A stretch of 64,000 bases of DNA from Rebecca billardiae RCC1528 (Eukaryota > Protista > Haptophyta), in contig OZ251228.1 of the NCBI GenBank assembly GCA_965240325.2, positions 1,674,001-1,738,000 of the forward strand, read 5' to 3'. Each line of letters starts with the position of its first letter. The first letter of the stretch is position 1. Made by a program: the position numbers and the translations under genes. Below are positions 56,997 to 64,000 of the stretch, in pieces. The notes below the pieces were generated by a model. That model was not told the origin of the DNA and did not search any database. It was given only the letters and a program-made list of their open reading frames with translations.

Positions 56997-58123
56997 ATGT
57001 CGCAGCCGGCGCTGCACCAGCGCTTGCAGGAGCTGGAGAGCGAGGTCGCGCGGTTCAAGGAGAAGCGCGAGCGGTGGCGCGAGACCTTCAGCAACATGAA
57101 GCAGGACTTCGTCCGGTGCGCGCCCACGCGACGGCCTTCGTCCTCCACCGACCGCCCGCTCACGTGTGCGCTTGCTTGCCCCACGGCCATGCGCGGCGCG
57201 TCCCGTGCGACCTCGCGCGCGCAGGCTCAAGCAGGTGCACGACGAGAGCGAGGTGCGGAACGCGCAGGACAAGAAGAATCTGAGCGCGCTAGCCCTCGAG
57301 CTGCGCGAGTGCCGGATGGCCATGGTCGACTGGGAGCGCCGATTTCGCGACGGGCTGGACGCGATGCGTGCGGCTCGCGCGGATGCTGAGGCGCAGACGG
57401 ATCGCACGGGCTCTGGCGGCGCGGATGCGGCGGCGCAGACTGCCGAGAGCGGCACGCGCGCGCGTGAGTACACCGCCGAGGCCGAGGCCGCGGCACGCGC
57501 GGCGTGCGAGCGCGAATCCGAGCTCCGGCGGCACGTGGCTGAGCTGCGGGCGCAGCTGGACGCGAGCGTGCGCGAGCGGCAGGAGCTTCGACAGGAGCTC
57601 GAGCGCGCGCACGCGGCCACGCCGCAGCCCGCGGCGCGCGAGCGCGAATCCGAGCTCCGGCGGCACGTGGCTGAGCTGCGGGCGCAGCTGGACGCGAGCG
57701 TGCGCGAGCGGCAGGAGCTTCGGCAGGAGCTCGAGCGCGCGCACGCGGCCGCGCCGCAGCCGGTGAGCGAGACGCGCGGCACCCCGCTCGATCACGCCCA
57801 CGCCGACGCGCGCCGCCCGCCGCTGCAGCTCGTCGCGCACTCCGGCCCAGCCCCAGGCTCGGGCGAGCGGCGCGCAGAGGCTGGCGCCAGGACGGCGCGC
57901 GCTGCGCAGCAGCTGGCCGCGCAGCTCTCCGAGCAGCTCGACGACGGCCGGCTCGGCCTGGATGGCGGCGTGGGTCGCGAGCCGCCGTGTGGGCCGTCCC
58001 ACGCGCCGAGCGGGTCGCGCTGGCGCTCGCGCGCGCCGGTGCAGCCCAGCCACAGCGGCGCGCAGGCCGCGGCTGGCATCGCGCTGCGCGCCAGCCGCGC
58101 GGTGGACAGTGGTGCTGATCGAG

Positions 58124-58154
<31 letters not shown>

Positions 58155-60138
58155 CGGCGAGTGCGGCAGCGGGGGCGGTGGCGCGACGCCGCGGACGACA
58201 GCAGGCGCTGCCACCGCGCAGCGCACGATCAAATCGATGCTAGCCGGCAGCAGCGCCGCGCGCGCACAGACCTGCGCACCACCGATCGCGCCTGCGTGCG
58301 CCGCGCGAGCCGACGTGCTGCCAGCTGCTGCTGCGCCGCACAAGGGCGCGACGCCCCTGTTCCGACCGCCGCCAGCGCAGCCGCGCGCCGCGTGCGGACG
58401 CGGCCAGCAGCCGGCGCACGAGCTCGGCACCTCGCCTGCTGCTCGAGCGCGAGACGCCCTTCAGCCGGACGCGGCCGCCTCACCCGAGCCCGCACTGCTT
58501 GCCGCGCGTGGCGGCGCACGCGATGGCGCTGCGCCGCGTGCGCACAAGCGCAGGCTGTCCGGAGGCGAGGAGCTCCGCGAGACGGGCGCGTCGCGCGCGT
58601 GGGCGGCCAAGTGCGCTCGGCGAGGGAGCGACGGCGCCATCGGAGAGCCGTCCCCGGCCAGTCTGGACATGTCGCGCACACGGAACACGCCTGGGTGCAC
58701 AGCCGCTGCGCGGAGGGCGGCGCGCGAGGGTCGGCTCGTCGTGGCGGGCGCAGGCGGCATGTCGCCGGCAGCAGACGGGGCGGGCGGCGGTACGCAACCG
58801 CCGTCGTCGCCCACGCCGGACATGTGCGCGCCCGCTGTGCGCGCAGGCACCGCGTGCCTCGACTTCGACGCCACCTACGGCGCGGGCGGCGCCCCGGGCG
58901 CACTCGACGAGATGACGATCGACTACCGCGCCGGCGGCCTGGGCGGCACCGCGGGGCCGGGCGGCGCAGACGCGGACAACCTGGAGCTCACCGCGGCCCT
59001 CGGCGAGGAGGGATGCGAGGAGGAGGGCGATGCGCCCGTCGATGGCGCCGGCGGCAGGCTCAGGGCCGACGACGCTCGCCAGCCGCCTTGCGCCGCGCAG
59101 CCCGAGTCGGAGACGGTCTTCGGAGGCGCAGGCGGTGCTCCGCTGTGCGCGGCCGAGGCTGAGTCTCGCACGCTCGCGCGGCGCACACTGCCATGGCCCA
59201 CGGACGCTGGCGCGCTTGTGGGGAACGCTGTGCCGAGTCAGCTGTCGGTGGATTGGCGGGACGGGCATGCCCTCGGGGCGAGAGGCTCTCCCGCTGCCGC
59301 GCAACCAGCTTCGCCGCCCGCGCCGATCCAGCCTCGCGCGGCCGAGCCGCTGCCGAGCGCGCGAGCCACTCAGCCCGTGTTGCCGCACGCTCGCGCGCTG
59401 CCGGACGGATGCCCGGCGCACGCAGCTGCGGCCAGGCCGCAGATGCCCGTGCGCGAGGTGGTGCGAGGGAACGCCCGCGCCGAGCTCCCCGCGTACGCAT
59501 GCGAGGATTGCCGACGGGTGTGCGCCTGCGCGCCGCCGCCCGCCTCGGCCGCGTCCCGCGCGAAGCCCGGCTTCACCGCCTCACTGTGCGCCGCGCTTGT
59601 CACACGCGCCTGCGCGCGCGCGCCTGCACCGCGCGCGTCCGCCGCCGCGCGGCAGTTCTTCGAGGCGTGCGCGCCGGGCCAGCTCGAGCGGCTGTGCCGC
59701 GACTGCGGCCGCCACCGCTCCGCGCACCCCATCCCTGACACGCCCGAGCAGTTCTGGGACGTCGAGCTGCGGGACTCTGAGACGCAGCCGCCGAGCAGCG
59801 CACCGCCTGCGGAGGAGGTGGCCGGCGCGAACCCGGCGCGCGTCGAGGAGCAAGGGCGCTTCGAAGGCGCTGGTCCGGGCAGCTCGCCCGCGGCGGGTGC
59901 ATTGCGGGCTGATGGGCGATACTTTGCACGCCCCGCCGCGCGGCACGACGGCGACTTTGCCGCTGGTCCTGTCGCCGTCCGGTCGGCAGCCGCGGGCGAC
60001 ATGGACGACAATGATCCGGACGCAGGCAGCGAGGGCGAGCAGGGCGAGATCAGCCTCTTCCCAGAGCCACCCGCCGCTTCGCTTCTCGTGGATGCTGTCC
60101 CGGGCGGTGGCCGCTTCTACGACGACGACTTCGAATAG
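56997..60138 (+). CDS. CtIP/Sae2/Ctp1-like DNA end-resection protein; introns 57116-57224 and 59518-59655
   Basis: N-terminal coiled coil; spliced C-terminus EVVRGNARAELPAYACEDCRR/FF...CGRHR...DTPEQFW matches the Sae2/CtIP CxxC, RHR and TPxxFW motifs. Confidence 0.8.
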
Positions 60139-60840
60139 CAGTGGCACTATATGACGGCGGAAGCCGTCGTCCTGGAGGCCTGGACAACGTGATGACGACG
60201 AACAACGAGCAGCGCATCAGCCGATTGGTGCTGTAACGACGCGCGAGTCATACGACGACGACACGCGGTTATATATGATGAGTAACGGTTATTATCATCG
60301 TCGCGTCATCAGCGACTGCTACGCCTGATGCACTGACGCCATACATCAGTAGTAGCGCGGCGATATGTCGTGAACGATGAATACATCATCGTCAACGGTA
60401 TCTATATATGGCTATATATATCATATATATATATATATAATATACTACCAAGTGGCAAGTGGAGAAGCCACCTGCCACCTGGGCGTGAGTCGGCGGTCTG
60501 ACGCCGGCCGCGCCTTCCGGTGACGGTACTCGACGGCGGTGCATGAGCCGTGCAGCCGAGTCAGCCGACCATGCTGCTCAGTGTAACGGCGACGCAGCGA
60601 GGCAGAGCGGCGTGCAAGATCCGACCTCACGGCCGCAGGAGCGCACGGCGCGAGCGGCCCGGCCGCCGCCGGGCCGGTGCACGGCGGCGAGCAGCCGAGC
60701 CGAAGCAGGGTAGGATAACCTCGACCGATGGCCCCGACAGACTCGCGCCGACCAGAATGCTCAATGGGGGCAGCGCGCCAGCAAGCAGAGAGTGGCGTGA
60801 TGACGCCTCGCCAACCTGCGGCGTGCAATCAGCGCGTGCA

Positions 60841-64000
<3,160 letters not shown>

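Overview
A very GC-rich eukaryotic nuclear region with short GC-rich GT-AG introns (donors mostly GTGCG/GTGTG). The style suggests a haptophyte-like alga; this is inference. It holds about 21 protein genes: a CHD remodeller, REX4 exonuclease, a sulfotransferase, RPN7, a homeobox protein, an FSH1 hydrolase, a WW-WW-RRM protein, bacterial-type D-lactate dehydrogenase, adenosine deaminase, a mitochondrial carrier, a K2P-like EF-hand channel, a Qc-SNARE, TrpD, an AAC4-like protein, a pseudo-phospholipase/WSC fusion, an ELO elongase, CtIP/Sae2, an SNF2-PHD remodeller and several hypotheticals. Many lie in tight head-to-head pairs. The spacers between pairs contain several non-autonomous DNA transposons that I defined from terminal inverted repeats (TIRs) and target-site duplications (TSDs): a deleted pogo-like element, a Mutator-like element with arrayed TIRs, a P-like foldback and a PIF-like MITE. 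The most unusual structure is a composite-transposon-like unit at 38011-41287: two identical 778-bp Tc1/mariner-type MITEs in direct orientation bracket a 1.7-kb cargo, with TA only at the outer ends. Also notable are a dispersed 34-bp motif, a nested palindrome array and an apparent excess of TACAGTA/TACTGTA excision-footprint-like words. I found no rRNA, tRNA or CRISPR array. All calls were made by eye, with no database searches.
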